From Nitrospirota bacterium (GTDB taxonomy: Bacteria > Nitrospirota > Nitrospiria > Nitrospirales > Nitrospiraceae), in contig CAVPGK010000013.1 of assembly GCA_963703955.1 (NCBI GenBank), positions 1 to 64,000 of the forward strand: a stretch of 64,000 nucleotides of DNA, given 5' to 3'. Positions 49,946-60,368 of this stretch are shown here, piece by piece. A program made the position numbers and the translations under genes. Position 1 is the stretch's first letter. The number at the start of each line of letters is the position of its first letter. The notes beneath the pieces are model-generated. The model did no database searches. It saw nothing but the letters and a program-made list of their open reading frames with translations, and was not told the origin of the DNA.

Positions 49946-50773
49946 TTACTTCGGGACATCCTGAGCGCAGCGGAAGCCGAGATCACGGTAACGGTCGGAC
50001 GGTGGAATCCCACGCCGGTTCGAGGTTCGGAGGCTGTAGGCCTTATCTCCCCAGGATCCCCCCCGAGTCACCTTAAGAAGACCGCTCTTGGATCCTTTTG
50101 GGTTCCGATCGTGATTGTTGAGGTAGGAGTTTGGGTTGTACCAATCAGCTACCCACTCCCAGACATTCCCGGAGACATCATAGAGCCAATAGGGGCTCTT
50201 CCCGTCCTCGAAACTCCCCACCGGGGCGAGGGTACCGTAACCTCGCCAGGTCCGACGGCTATCCCAATCGAAGTTGGCCAGTATTTCCGACGGTTCTTCG
50301 CTGCCCCATGGATATTTACGCCCGTCCGTTCCTCGCGCGGCTTTTTCCCATTCCGCTTCCGTCGGAAGGCGTTTCCCAGACCACTGGCAGTAGGCGTCGG
50401 CATCATTCCAGTCCACGCCGACCACGGGGCGAACCCAGTCGAACGTCGGATTGATCTCACCCCATTTATCCGGCTGTTTGCGCCCGGTGTCTTCCAGAAA
50501 TTTGGAAAATTGGGACGTCGTGACCTCAAACTTATCGACATAATAGGCGTCCAGATAGACGCGGTGCACCGGCCGTTCGTCGGACGCGCCCTGATTGCTA
50601 CCCATGAGAAACTCTCCAGCCGGAACGAGAGCCATAGGGGCGCCATCTTTGCCGGTAACTTCCATTGTGAGGGATTCCGGCCGATCAGACGCCCCTACCC
50701 GGACGGGGATGCTGCAGAGCAGCGTTGCGACACTGATATAGGTGGTAAGGCTCACTTTCAGAGAGTGCATCAA
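49946..50773 (-). CDS. Formylglycine-generating enzyme (SUMF1/FGE-sulfatase) domain protein, secreted
   Basis: FLMGS, RLPTEAEWEKAARG, GNVWEW, RGGSW, GFRCA. Confidence 0.9.
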   Translation of the reverse strand: MMHSLKVSLTTYISVATLLCSIPVRVGASDRPESLTMEVTGKDGAPMALVPAGEFLMGSNQGASDERPVHRVYLDAYYVDKFEVTTSQFSKFLEDTGRKQPDKWGEINPTFDWVRPVVGVDWNDADAYCQWSGKRLPTEAEWEKAARGTDGRKYPWGSEEPSEILANFDWDSRRTWRGYGTLAPVGSFEDGKSPYWLYDVSGNVWEWVADWYNPNSYLNNHDRNPKGSKSGLLKVTRGGSWGDKAYSLRTSNRRGIPPSDRYRDLGFRCAQDVPK

Positions 50774-51092
50774 AGACTCTACAATGAACTATGCGTGCTG
50801 GCATGAATCCTGTTCGGAATTATTTACGAGTTTATTCTCATATTGGATGGATATAAGACACTCTAAACTAATCAAAGTCTAAAAGTATACAATAGCATAG
50901 GCGGTATTTAGAAAGGATCGAGCGACCGCGTTCGTGACCGCCACGTGGGTGTCTGCTGCTCGGGCTTTCCGGAATCAAAGCAGGTCTCCGGATGACAATC
51001 GCATGGCAGAGATACGTATTTGAGGACCTTGTGTTCGTGATACACTGAACCCACCCCAAACCATGAGCCGATACTGATATCAGGAGGAAGAC

Positions 51093-52100
51093 GTGGAAAT
51101 TCGATGCCATCTCCTCGGCGTGATTCTTCTGGTAGGCGTATCGCTGACCTATGTCGGTTGCGCCGGGACGCAGAACCTGTTCAAGAAAACTGAACCCGAG
51201 ACGGGGAAGCCTCGGATCTATGTGGCCAACGAAAGCTCCAACACCGTCACCGTCCTCGATGCCAAAACCTTTCGCTTGATCGGGACGGTGGATACGAAAA
51301 ATCATTCCACCCATGATCTCGCGCTCACGCGGGATGGCAGGCGCCTCTTCGCCACCAATCTTGCTTCCGGGAAGCTGTCGGTTATCGATACGGATATATT
51401 AGAGACGATCGCGTCGATCTATATCGGAAATCGATGCCATGTCGTGACCCTGTCCAACGACAACCGGCAGGCCTGGATCGCGAATATCGGCGAAGACACG
51501 ATTTCCATCATGGATACCGACACCTATCGCGTGCTCGGGACGATCCCGATCGGTAAGGGCCCGACCGGCATCGCCTTTTCGCAGGACGGGCGATATGCGT
51601 TTGTGAGCACCCAAGGGAGGAATGTGCAGGTGATCGATACGACATCCCACCAGATCGTGAAGACGATACCGGTCGGAGCTGATCCGCACTTTCTGGTGTT
51701 GAGCCCCGACGGTCGAATCTGGGGAACCAATGCGGGAGGAGACGACATTTTTGTTATTGATCCATTCACGCACGAAAAGGTAATAACGTTGGAAGTCGGG
51801 TCTCAGCCTCAACAGATTGCCTTCGGCTATAAAGGCATGCAGGGCCCCAACGCCTACGTCACCGTGAGCGGTCTTGGAAGGGTCGTGGTGGTCAACACCG
51901 ACTCCAAGAATCTGCGTGTCCTCGAGCAGATCGAGGTGGGAAAAGGACCGAACGGAATCTGGGCGAATCCGGAGGGCACGCGTCTGTATGTCGGACAGCA
52001 ACCGTCCAACGTGTTGAGGGTCATCGATACCGGCACCAGTCAGATCATCACAACCGTCTCGGTCGGCACCAAACCGATCCGCGTGATCGGCGGGCGATAG
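51093..52100 (+). CDS. YVTN/YncE beta-propeller lipoprotein
   Basis: Lipobox YVGC, repeated YVAN...TIPVG..P units. Confidence 0.88.
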   Translation: MEIRCHLLGVILLVGVSLTYVGCAGTQNLFKKTEPETGKPRIYVANESSNTVTVLDAKTFRLIGTVDTKNHSTHDLALTRDGRRLFATNLASGKLSVIDTDILETIASIYIGNRCHVVTLSNDNRQAWIANIGEDTISIMDTDTYRVLGTIPIGKGPTGIAFSQDGRYAFVSTQGRNVQVIDTTSHQIVKTIPVGADPHFLVLSPDGRIWGTNAGGDDIFVIDPFTHEKVITLEVGSQPQQIAFGYKGMQGPNAYVTVSGLGRVVVVNTDSKNLRVLEQIEVGKGPNGIWANPEGTRLYVGQQPSNVLRVIDTGTSQIITTVSVGTKPIRVIGGR

Positions 52101-52151
52101 GTCCATGGTTTTGAGGGAGCGCTCAAGCAGAAGGCAGAGAGGAGGCATAGC

Positions 52152-52772
52152 ATGAACGGCGTCAGAGCGGCGGGTTTCGTCGCACTCGCCGTCCTGTTGA
52201 TCTGCAGGGTGGAGTTGGCTGGTGCGCAGGCACGCCAGGTCGGAACCGCGCAGAACGCGACCGGCATGTTGGTGATCGTGAGAGCCGATGGTGTGCAGGA
52301 GCACTTGCAGGGTAAGGGAGCGTTGCCGCTCTACGAAGGCGATGTGCTCAAAACAGAAATCGCGTGCCGCGCCTTGATTGAGATCGCTGAAGGCATTCAG
52401 GTGGCGCTCAACGAACAGACAGCCTTTAAGATCCTAGTGCGCTGGGAGAAGAACAAAGGGACCACTCCAATCATCCGCTTGATGCGGGGCGAAGTCTGGG
52501 TCCAGACGATGAATGGATCGAGCCCATTGCAAGTGGAGACACCGGTCGCCAATGTATCCGTGGAGCAGAGTGAGTTTGATCTGAAGGTCACCGAGGACGG
52601 TCAATCGGCTTTGACCGTACTTCAAGGGGTCGCGGAGTTCGGGACTCCGTTCGATACCTGTTCGGTCTTGGCTCCAAATGTGACCTCAAGCGTCCACGGC
52701 AATCCATGCAAGAAACTTCCCACCATCCCAGATGGAGCCCAGACGACGACCTGGATGAACTCCCTGAAGTAA
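52152..52772 (+). CDS. Secreted FecR-domain protein
   Basis: Signal, LYEGDVLKT, LQVETPVA, TVLQG. Confidence 0.75.
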   Translation: MNGVRAAGFVALAVLLICRVELAGAQARQVGTAQNATGMLVIVRADGVQEHLQGKGALPLYEGDVLKTEIACRALIEIAEGIQVALNEQTAFKILVRWEKNKGTTPIIRLMRGEVWVQTMNGSSPLQVETPVANVSVEQSEFDLKVTEDGQSALTVLQGVAEFGTPFDTCSVLAPNVTSSVHGNPCKKLPTIPDGAQTTTWMNSLK

Positions 52773-52861
52773 CCGCTGCAAGAATCCCCCAATCCCCCCT
52801 TCTACCCCCGAAATGGCTCAGAGTTGGATCAGGTGGCTCGGCTGGCTCGGAGATAGCCGAG

Positions 52862-53179
52862 TCACGAGCGCGGTCCTAGTGTCTTGATCACGTCGGCAAG
52901 CTGCTGTGACGTGCTCGGGTTCAGATCAATAAATTCGACACCGAACAGACCTCTCTGTACCCAGCGAACCCCTGCCTGTTTGACCGCAATCATTGACTCT
53001 TGCCCGGGGACATCAAGGTGCACCACCAGATTCATTCGGGGGACAACGCGCATGTCGCTCTGTATCTTGCAGCCATGGGGTGACAGATCTAGGATCGTAC
53101 CAACATTGTCACCAAGGCTGAGTGACGAGAGGAGAGTAGAGAAGCGCACCGAGACACGCTGGTGGCGGCGCAGGTCCAT
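52862..53179 (-). CDS. PilZ-domain protein
   Basis: RRHQR and DLSPHG (RxxxR, DxSxxG), VRW, FGVEF. Confidence 0.88.
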   Translation of the reverse strand: MDLRRHQRVSVRFSTLLSSLSLGDNVGTILDLSPHGCKIQSDMRVVPRMNLVVHLDVPGQESMIAVKQAGVRWVQRGLFGVEFIDLNPSTSQQLADVIKTLGPRS

Positions 53180-53446
53180 GCTGGGGGCAGAACTATAAAG
53201 AAATTAATGCATTTCGGCAAGCGGCATTTGACTGGAGGACGCCTGTCTCGGTTGGCCGATGATGCACTCCTGACAACACCCCGATGCCCGCAAATGCCAT
53301 CGAGCATACGAATGAACTAATATAAGAACGGGGAACATGGTACCAAGGCATGTCGAGTATTTTTCAACTACCAAAGTCGCTGGACCGCGAACTAGTGGGA
53401 ATGGCGGCCGAGTAGCCGCCCACAAAGGCACAGATGTTTCTTTCTA

Positions 53447-53977
53447 TCAGAACCGAGCAATCGCTGTAGGCTTTGAGGGAGAGGTCTTTGCTCCGCTCCC
53501 CAAAGCGGGTTTCTCGCGAACCAGAACCACATCGAGCGGACATCGAATCGAAAGATTTTGATTTCTCTCGGGGAGCATTAGTCGGCAGACTTTCTTGTCC
53601 ACATCCAAACGCACGGCGCACTCGGTTTTTATCACTTTGGCATTTGTGCAGAGCAACTTGTTCACCTCAATGTGGCACGTATCACCAGGAAGGCAAGCAT
53701 AGGTGGCCACAGGCGGCTCACTTGTTGCCCTCACAACCCACTCCCCATAGCCGGCTCGGTGGCGCCGGTCCAACAGGTTTCCATGCTCCGTGATGATCTG
53801 GCTCACCTTGGCTGGTAAATTCGCCTTGGTCAACTGTGGCCACCGGTAAGGTGAGGTCGCACAGCCGACCAAGCTCAGCGAGAGAACACCGAACAGCAAG
53901 CTCTTAAGCAGAATGACTGGAGTCAGAATCCGCTTTCCTACTCCATCATGATGTCCTTGATGTCTTTGACATGGCAT
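53447..53977 (-). CDS. Cys-rich putative lipoprotein
   Basis: LSLVGC lipobox, several Cys. Confidence 0.5.
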   Translation of the reverse strand: MPCQRHQGHHDGVGKRILTPVILLKSLLFGVLSLSLVGCATSPYRWPQLTKANLPAKVSQIITEHGNLLDRRHRAGYGEWVVRATSEPPVATYACLPGDTCHIEVNKLLCTNAKVIKTECAVRLDVDKKVCRLMLPERNQNLSIRCPLDVVLVREKPALGSGAKTSPSKPTAIARF

Positions 53978-54309
53978 GGGACTCTCCCTTTGGTAGGTTT
54001 GCCGACCGGATCCTATGCGACGCTGGGGAGAGGGTAAACTGTCGCCGGGTGACGCACAATTCTGCTTCCGATTTACGACCAAAGGAGGATGCCGGCGACG
54101 CCGACTCCCTAGTCGGGTAACGACGGGATTTATCGGCGGAAATCAGAAAACAGAACCCACATCAAAATGGGCATGAGGAAAGGTTGGAAGTAGTGGAAAA
54201 AGATGGTGACATGAGCAGGGACTCCTGGATGGAGGTGAGGGAGGGAATCAAGGTTTGGACAATCTTAACGCACTATCGCGAAAGAACCGGCAATGGGAGC
54301 AGAAGCGTA

Positions 54310-54519
54310 TCAATAGAGCGGGGCCTGCGGCCCTGGGACCATCCCGGCAATGTCAGGGTCCTCTCCTCCGTCCCGGCGAGGAGCAACCTTCTTCTCGTTT
54401 CGCTGCGTCCGGCGTGCTTCTTTGTCCTTCTGTTTGGCTTGCTTGGCTCGTTCGCGATCGCGTTTTGCGAGGGTCGCTTTGCTTGGTCTGGAGATTGGAA
54501 CCTCCCTGGCTTCCGCCAA
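54310..54519 (-). CDS. Small basic hypothetical protein
   Basis: KRDRERAKQAKQKDKEARR...EDPDIAGMVPGPQ pattern. Confidence 0.6.
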   Translation of the reverse strand: MAEAREVPISRPSKATLAKRDRERAKQAKQKDKEARRTQRNEKKVAPRRDGGEDPDIAGMVPGPQAPLY

Positions 54520-54534
54520 TCAAAGGAAGAATAA

Positions 54535-54562
54535 ACAGGGACGCGGTTTCCGGCGTCCCTGT
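54535..54562 (-). terminator. Intrinsic terminator after the RRM gene
   Basis: acagggacgc/gcgtccctgt stem followed by a U-rich tract on the minus strand. Confidence 0.65.
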
Positions 54563-54603
54563 ACTTGTGTTAGTGGGACGACGTTATCCCGATGGCAGTG
54601 AAC

Positions 54604-54909
54604 TTACCAACGTGCGCCGCGGCCTCCACGGTCGCCACTGCGACCGCCACTGGAGCGAGGCTCCTGAGGCTTCGCCTCGTTGACCGTAAGTGTTCGGCCA
54701 TCAAGTTGGGTCGCGTTGAGCGCCTCAATCGCTCGCTTGCTTTCCTCAGCTGTGGACATCTCCACGAAGCCGAAGCCTCGGGACTGGCCCGTGAACTTGT
54801 CGGTAATCACCTTCGCCGACTCGACCGTACCGTGCGCTGCGAATAGGTCATTCAACTGCGACTCCGTCGCCGAATAGGGCAACCCACCCACATATATCTT
54901 TGAACCCAT
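54604..54909 (-). CDS. RRM RNA-binding protein with Gly/Arg tail
   Basis: IYVGGL (RNP2), SRGFGFVEM (RNP1), AGGAGG RBS. Confidence 0.95.
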   Translation of the reverse strand: MGSKIYVGGLPYSATESQLNDLFAAHGTVESAKVITDKFTGQSRGFGFVEMSTAEESKRAIEALNATQLDGRTLTVNEAKPQEPRSSGGRSGDRGGRGARW

Positions 54910-55094
54910 GGGGTTCCTCCTTTTGGGAATGATATTGTCTGAGACTCGAGAAAGAACAAAGGAAGGAACGAGCCGAAGACGCAATTCCTGCGGCGCTCAG
55001 GTCTGGCTTCCGATCAAATTCCCGGGCTAAAACAACATCGACAAGGCCTGGTGATTGAGCCTCACCGCTCAGGCCCAACGCGACGAGGTAGTGC

Positions 55095-55123
55095 ACACTA
55101 ACACGACGCGTGCGGAAAAGCAA
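55095..55123 (-). promoter_or_regulatory. Sigma70-like promoter for the RRM gene
   Basis: TTGCTT-17 nt-TAGTGT with extended TG. Confidence 0.5.
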
Positions 55124-55482
55124 ACGAGGATGATCGAGGTCTTGACAGGAGACATAAAACACTGCGGGTGACGTCCGCAATACAGACAGAATTGATTAAT
55201 TCATTTGACACCTCCCAATTGAGGGTTGACGCAGTCACGTAAAGGGATTAGTATAACGCTGCCGCGTTGGCTATCCTATCTCTCGCGCTTCCGTCCCCTT
55301 CCGGTTTGATCCTGCGCGATCGATTCTCTAGCACACGGTGATCCTTCTGTCGGAGGAGTCAACACGTCCATGCCTTCTTGGTCTGCCTGAGGCCTGTTCT
55401 CACGAAACGTGTTTCTTACACCTGGCTGAGTCCCTGGCGTTGGGTCGAGAAGTGATGGCGAACAAGTAGCCTAGGAGGACAG

Positions 55483-55713
55483 ATGTCTAATCAGGAGAGA
55501 AAACAATTACAGAAGGACGTGGGCGATAAACGGAGGCGGAGGACAAAACCATATAAGGACTGGGGTCGCCTCGATCTCCAGCTGAAAGAGAAGCCGACGG
55601 TGCCAATGGAGGAGATGCGGCGGCAAGGATTGATGTTAGCCGGACGACAACTTGGCCAAGGAGCACGATCTCATTGCAAGGCCCAAGAAGGCGTTGAGTT
55701 CCTTGAGACATAG
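55483..55713 (+). CDS. Small basic hypothetical protein
   Basis: AGGAGG RBS before ATG; upstream TTGACG-17-TAGTAT. Confidence 0.45.
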   Translation: MSNQERKQLQKDVGDKRRRRTKPYKDWGRLDLQLKEKPTVPMEEMRRQGLMLAGRQLGQGARSHCKAQEGVEFLET

Positions 55714-56086
55714 GCGACTCGAAATCAACCACATTTGCACCACCACCTCGTATCAGCGCCCAACCATTAGCTGATAGAATGGAGAGTCCGGACAAATCGA
55801 CTCGAACGGCCTGAGTGAATAGAACTTTTCCTACTCCTGATTGATAGAGCTTGACGGGTCCGCAATTCCCGAGTAGCATGACCGCACGACGTTCTAAGCT
55901 ACGCCGACTGTCCTATTGCTTGCGCCTTCCGATCCTTCCTGGCGCGAATAATTCCCCAGTCTCCGCCGCTTCCTACGCCTGAGTCTCTGAAGCCGTAGTC
56001 ATTCGGTTCCACACCAGACCGGGATCTTTAACCGTAAGGTGTCATCGTTCTCTGGTGTCGGAGCGTGCCCATCGAGGAGGTGACCC

Positions 56087-56407
56087 ATGCCGTACCTCAA
56101 GCAAGATTACGACGACGAGGAACACTTCGTTTGTGACCGCGTGGTCGAGTTTAAGGAGCGCTTAGCGAACCAGCCTTTGGACCCGGGAGTAAGCATAAAT
56201 ATCCATATTGAGGATTCTGCTAGTGGCGGTTCGACGACTGTCGCCGGTGCTGGTCTAAAAGTGTCGAATGAATCTGTTTCTACTGGCAGTGGATTCATTA
56301 AGCAACTCGGAGTTCTGCTGGCGTCGGTTGTATCTCTGAAGGCCGTGAAACCGCCTATCCTGACCGAAGCAGAAAGTGGAGCAAAAAAGAGGGATGCGAC
56401 CGCGTGA
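56087..56407 (+). CDS. Hypothetical protein
   Basis: GAGGAGGTGA RBS. Confidence 0.45.
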   Translation: MPYLKQDYDDEEHFVCDRVVEFKERLANQPLDPGVSINIHIEDSASGGSTTVAGAGLKVSNESVSTGSGFIKQLGVLLASVVSLKAVKPPILTEAESGAKKRDATA

Positions 56408-56459
56408 CAGTGAAAAGGTTGGGGGCCATTGGCTGGCTTGAAAAGAGCGGAGGAACGCC

Positions 56460-56759
56460 ATGTCAGAGCAAGGAACCGTTGCTGACCGGATCCTCAAGGC
56501 TGTGCGACGCTCTCCTGGTTGTCTACTCGATGACTTGGAGTGTAGCTGCCCTGATCTCACGTGGAACCAGGTCTTTCTCGAAGTCGATCGCTTGAGCCGA
56601 ACGGGGCGCCTACGGGTGCAGTCGAAGGGCGAGGGAATCTATATTCTTACGCTACCAACCAAGGGAAAACTGCTAGCTAGAATAGCTCCAGTTCTCCGAG
56701 GAACGAGAACGAACCATGTGCAAAGACGGCCGCAAGAGGTTCTTCCTGTGGACAAGTGA
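56460..56759 (+). CDS. Small winged-helix-like hypothetical protein
   Basis: GGAGG RBS; CPDLTWNQVFLEVDRLSRTG. Confidence 0.6.
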   Translation: MSEQGTVADRILKAVRRSPGCLLDDLECSCPDLTWNQVFLEVDRLSRTGRLRVQSKGEGIYILTLPTKGKLLARIAPVLRGTRTNHVQRRPQEVLPVDK

Positions 56760-56876
56760 TGGCCACCAAAGAAAGACCGCTGAAGGATGAATACAGGTGA
56801 CCGTGGGCACGTGTACGTGCCCACACCAATTGCGACCATAGGATGTGGGTAACACCGAAGCTCTGGAGACGACGAG

Positions 56877-57101
56877 ATGCCCTGCCCACGTTGCCACGGG
56901 TTAATGGTGGTGATCAGGTTGGAGGATAGGACAGCCTCCATAAGCTTTGAACCCTTGTCCGGCTGGCACTGCCTTCTATGTGGAGAAGTCATCGACCCTG
57001 GGATCGTAGCCAATCGGAAGAGTCACCAGGAACCAAGGGACAGCCGGGCTCGTCCTCGGTATGGTGCCTGGTCGGTCTCAAGTACCCGCCGAATTGACTA
57101 G
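56877..57101 (+). CDS. Small zinc-ribbon protein
   Basis: CPRC...CLLCG. Confidence 0.65.
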   Translation: MPCPRCHGLMVVIRLEDRTASISFEPLSGWHCLLCGEVIDPGIVANRKSHQEPRDSRARPRYGAWSVSSTRRID

Positions 57102-57152
57102 TAGCAACGAGAGGACAAATCCATCGATGTATCGCATGTGAACCATCCTTTC

Positions 57153-57680
57153 TCATTTTTCAACCACAGCCTTCAGGTTGGCAAGGCCGGTCTCGAAATC
57201 CTTGCCGACCATCCTGTCCATATTGAAAAAGATGCCCATCACCTTCGCAATGTATGGACTGCGACCGTGCATAGCCCACGTGACGTCGGTAGCATTGCCT
57301 TTGGTGTCCAGTGTGAACTCAACGATGTTGTGGGCTTCAAACGGCGTAACGAAATCCAGGTTGATCACGACTTGAGTAGGTGAAGAAGAGTTCGTAATCT
57401 CCATGCGTCCCTTACCCGCTTTATTGTTACCTTCCCACTCATACACGGCGCCTTTACCGTTGGCTGCGCCGCTGTAGGTTCTCTTCATCGCTGGATCCAG
57501 TTTCTCGTAGGGCGACCAGGAGCCCCAACTGCGGTAATCGTTGATGAGCGGAAAGATGTTTTCTGGCGGAGCGTTGATACGTGTCGTACGCTGGACACGG
57601 AATGTGTCAGGCCTAGTCATGGCATAGATGAGAAGGGCAACGAGCAGAACGACAACGACGATAGCAATGATCTTCAGCAT
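57153..57680 (-). CDS. SRPBCC/polyketide cyclase-family protein
   Basis: RPDTFRVQR, WSPYEKLDP, GKDFETGLANLK. Confidence 0.9.
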   Translation of the reverse strand: MLKIIAIVVVVLLVALLIYAMTRPDTFRVQRTTRINAPPENIFPLINDYRSWGSWSPYEKLDPAMKRTYSGAANGKGAVYEWEGNNKAGKGRMEITNSSSPTQVVINLDFVTPFEAHNIVEFTLDTKGNATDVTWAMHGRSPYIAKVMGIFFNMDRMVGKDFETGLANLKAVVEK

Positions 57681-57791
57681 GGATCGCTCCGGGTGCAGTG
57701 GTGAAATTGTAAGATGGCGGTCACTTTCCGCCACCCTTGCCAGTCATCCATTCGATCGTTCACTGATAGGCGTGACCAGGACACGCCGCGA

Positions 57792-58235
57792 CTACCGCGT
57801 TGCGGCCTTCTTCAGCTGCTCGGATCGCGCGCGTAGACGCTCCTCTTGTTCCCTGAGTTCAGGCGTGAACTCGGCCCCGAAGTCTTCCGCCTCGAACACT
57901 TGGCGAATCTCGATTTCGGAGTCCGTATCCGGGAAGGGATTCGGGCAGCGCTTGACCCATTCGATCGCCTCTTCCTTCGACTTTACCTGCCATAACCAGA
58001 AGCCGGCGATCAGCTCCTTCGTCTCGGCGAAAGGGCCGTCGATCACGGTACGTTTGTTTCCCGAAAATCTTACCCGCGCGCCCTTCGAGCTAGGCTGGAG
58101 CCCCTCGCCTGCGAGCAGTATGCCGGCATTCGTCAGCTCCTCGTTGTACTTCCCCATCTCGGTCAGGAGCTTTTCGTCTGGAAGCATGCCGGCCTCTGAG
58201 TCCTTGGTGGCTTTGACCAAAATCATGAATCGCAT
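57792..58235 (-). CDS. YciI/DGPF-domain protein
   Basis: DGPFAETKELIAGFW. Confidence 0.93.
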   Translation of the reverse strand: MRFMILVKATKDSEAGMLPDEKLLTEMGKYNEELTNAGILLAGEGLQPSSKGARVRFSGNKRTVIDGPFAETKELIAGFWLWQVKSKEEAIEWVKRCPNPFPDTDSEIEIRQVFEAEDFGAEFTPELREQEERLRARSEQLKKAATR

Positions 58236-58327
58236 CGTTGTGTCCTCTTTCTAGTTTGGCGTCGAAGCCATGTCTGTCTTTATATTCGTGAATCTCCAAT
58301 CCCTGTTGTCGACTCCCATCAAGGCAC

Positions 58328-58744
58328 TTACTTTGCGCTTTCGTTCCTTTCCCAGAGGGCGAACATGTTGTTCTCCGTGTCCTGGCATATGGCGAAGTAG
58401 CCCATCTGCGGTACCGCCGTCTTGGCCTTGCATATTTTGCCCCCGAGTTTCTCAACATTCGCCGCGGCTTTGTCCACCGAGGACACGGCGACATAGTTGG
58501 TGATGGGTTGTTCCGGGTGCACGCGTTTCATCAGTCCGCCATCGGGCGTATCATCGCCGCCGCCCGTGTCGATGTGCCAGTAATCCGTCATCCCGGGAAA
58601 CCTCTCGATTTTCCAACCGAACAACGAGCCGTAGAACTTCTTAGCACGCTCGGGATTATCTGCTGGAATTTCGAACCAGACGATACTCGACGCGGCACGG
58701 CTTCCCTTTGCCTCGTTAGATCTTCTTTTCTTTTCTGTGCTCAT
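58328..58744 (-). CDS. VOC/glyoxalase-family protein
   Basis: WFEIPAD, FYGSLFGW, QDTENN. Confidence 0.9.
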   Translation of the reverse strand: MSTEKKRRSNEAKGSRAASSIVWFEIPADNPERAKKFYGSLFGWKIERFPGMTDYWHIDTGGGDDTPDGGLMKRVHPEQPITNYVAVSSVDKAAANVEKLGGKICKAKTAVPQMGYFAICQDTENNMFALWERNESAK

Positions 58745-58801
58745 ACGTTCTCTCTTGGTTTGGTTGATCGTGTTGTCCGCGTCGCTTCCTTCTGCCCGCT
58801 A

Positions 58802-59098
58802 CTAGCCTCCCGCCATGGCTCCCACGATCAGAAGCGGTTCGGCCCCCGTCGTGATCTCGTCGGGCAGAGTAGCGTCCGGCGATTCGTGGGACAGATCCTG
58901 CTCGCAGGCGAAGACCCTCACGAACGGTCGACGCTTTTGCGTCGCGTGGTCGCGGATCGTCCCCCGCAGCATCGGATAGCGCGCCTCGAGCGCGTCGAGC
59001 ACCGAGCGCTGCGTCACCGGACCCTTGACCTCCAGCTTCACCTCGCCGGTGACGCGTGCCAGCGTCCGCAGATGTGCCGGGAGTACGACTCGGATCAT
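58802..59098 (-). CDS. MoaD/ThiS ubiquitin-like protein
   Basis: [11 protein letters not shown]-terminal AMAGG; ATGA overlap with the upstream gene. Confidence 0.9.
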   Translation of the reverse strand: MIRVVLPAHLRTLARVTGEVKLEVKGPVTQRSVLDALEARYPMLRGTIRDHATQKRRPFVRVFACEQDLSHESPDATLPDEITTGAEPLLIVGAMAGG

Positions 59099-60282
59099 GG
59101 TAGTATTTGCGCCTCAACAGACAACACAGGCGGCAGATCTCGGACGATAGCCGCCCAGCTATCACCCGAATCGGAGGATGCGTACACCTGCCCGCCGGTC
59201 GTCCCGAAGTACAGGCCGCAGGGATCGAGTGAGTCGATGTCCATCGCATCCCGCAACACATTGACGTAGCAGTCCTGTTGCGGCAGACCTTTCGTGAGCG
59301 CCTCCCACTCGTTCCCGCCCGTCCGGCTCCGATAGACCCGGAGCTTTCCCTCGGGCGGGAAGTGCTCCGAGTCGCTCTTGATGGGAACGACGTAAATCGT
59401 CTCCGGCTCGTGTGCATGCACCGCGATCGGGAATCCGAAGTCAGTCGGCAGGTTTCCACTGACCTCCTGCCACGACTCCCCCGCGTCGTCGCTCCGCAGG
59501 ACGTCCCAGTGTTTCTGCATGAACAGCACGTTCGGACTGGAAGAGTGCATCGCGATACGGTGGACGCAGTGGCCCACCTCGGCATCCGGGTCCGGTAGCT
59601 CATACTGGGACTTCAGGCCTTTGCTCATCGGCCGCCAGGTCTTGCCGGCATCATCAGTCCGAAACACACCCGCAGCCGAGATGGCGATGAAGATTCGATC
59701 GGGATGGCTCCGGTCCAGGATGATCGTGTGCAAGCACATGCCGCCCGCGCCCGGCTGCCAGAGGCTCCCTTTTGCGTCGCGTAGCCCGGCCAGTTCCTGC
59801 CACGTCTGCCCGCCGTCGCTCGAGCGGAACAGGGCGGCATCTTCCACGCCGGCATAGACAGTGTCCGGATCGGTCAGCGACGGTTCCAGATGCCACACCC
59901 GTTTGAATTCCCAAGGGCGCTGCGTGCCGTCATAATGCTGGTGCGTCGTGAGCGGTTTCCCGGTTTCCTGTGACGTATCGTAGACGAACTTGTTGCTCTC
60001 ACCCTTGGGCATGCCGTCGGGAGTCGTGGTCGGCTCCCCGGGCGGTGTCCCCGGTTGATACCAGGTCTTGCCGCCGTCATCGGAGCGTTGGATGATCTGT
60101 CCGAACCAGCTGCTGGTCTGCGATGCATACAGCCGATTCGGATCGGCAGGCGATCCCTTGAGATGGTACATTTCCCAGCCCGCAAAGTGAGGGCCACTGA
60201 CGTCCCACTGTTTACGCGCACCATCCGACATCAGAACGAACGCGCCCTTCCGCGTCCCAACCAGTAGCCGTACCTTACTCAT
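59095..60282 (-). CDS. BNR/Asp-box beta-propeller (sialidase-like) protein, cytoplasmic
   Basis: Repeated SDDGGKTW boxes, no signal peptide. Confidence 0.9.
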   Translation of the reverse strand: MSKVRLLVGTRKGAFVLMSDGARKQWDVSGPHFAGWEMYHLKGSPADPNRLYASQTSSWFGQIIQRSDDGGKTWYQPGTPPGEPTTTPDGMPKGESNKFVYDTSQETGKPLTTHQHYDGTQRPWEFKRVWHLEPSLTDPDTVYAGVEDAALFRSSDGGQTWQELAGLRDAKGSLWQPGAGGMCLHTIILDRSHPDRIFIAISAAGVFRTDDAGKTWRPMSKGLKSQYELPDPDAEVGHCVHRIAMHSSSPNVLFMQKHWDVLRSDDAGESWQEVSGNLPTDFGFPIAVHAHEPETIYVVPIKSDSEHFPPEGKLRVYRSRTGGNEWEALTKGLPQQDCYVNVLRDAMDIDSLDPCGLYFGTTGGQVYASSDSGDSWAAIVRDLPPVLSVEAQILP

Positions 60283-60368
60283 ATCCCACTCCTTCCTGTA
60301 CCTCGCACCGCTCTCGGCACGAAAATTCGTCGCGACATTAGCCACAGAGTTCCTTGGATTCTATGAAC

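Noticed and set aside
50895..50910. ops/JUMPstart element (ggcggta) near the polysaccharide locus
   Set aside because: Incomplete consensus and wrong orientation for the minus-strand operon
51399..52304. Long antisense or alternate-frame ORFs (also 258-875, 9445-10233, 58716-59603)
   Set aside because: Shadow ORFs of well-supported GC-rich genes with no recognisable motifs
60315..60345. Fourth ECF42 promoter (TGTCGC) before the beta-propeller gene
   Set aside because: Mismatched -35 and no CGAC at 16-nt spacing
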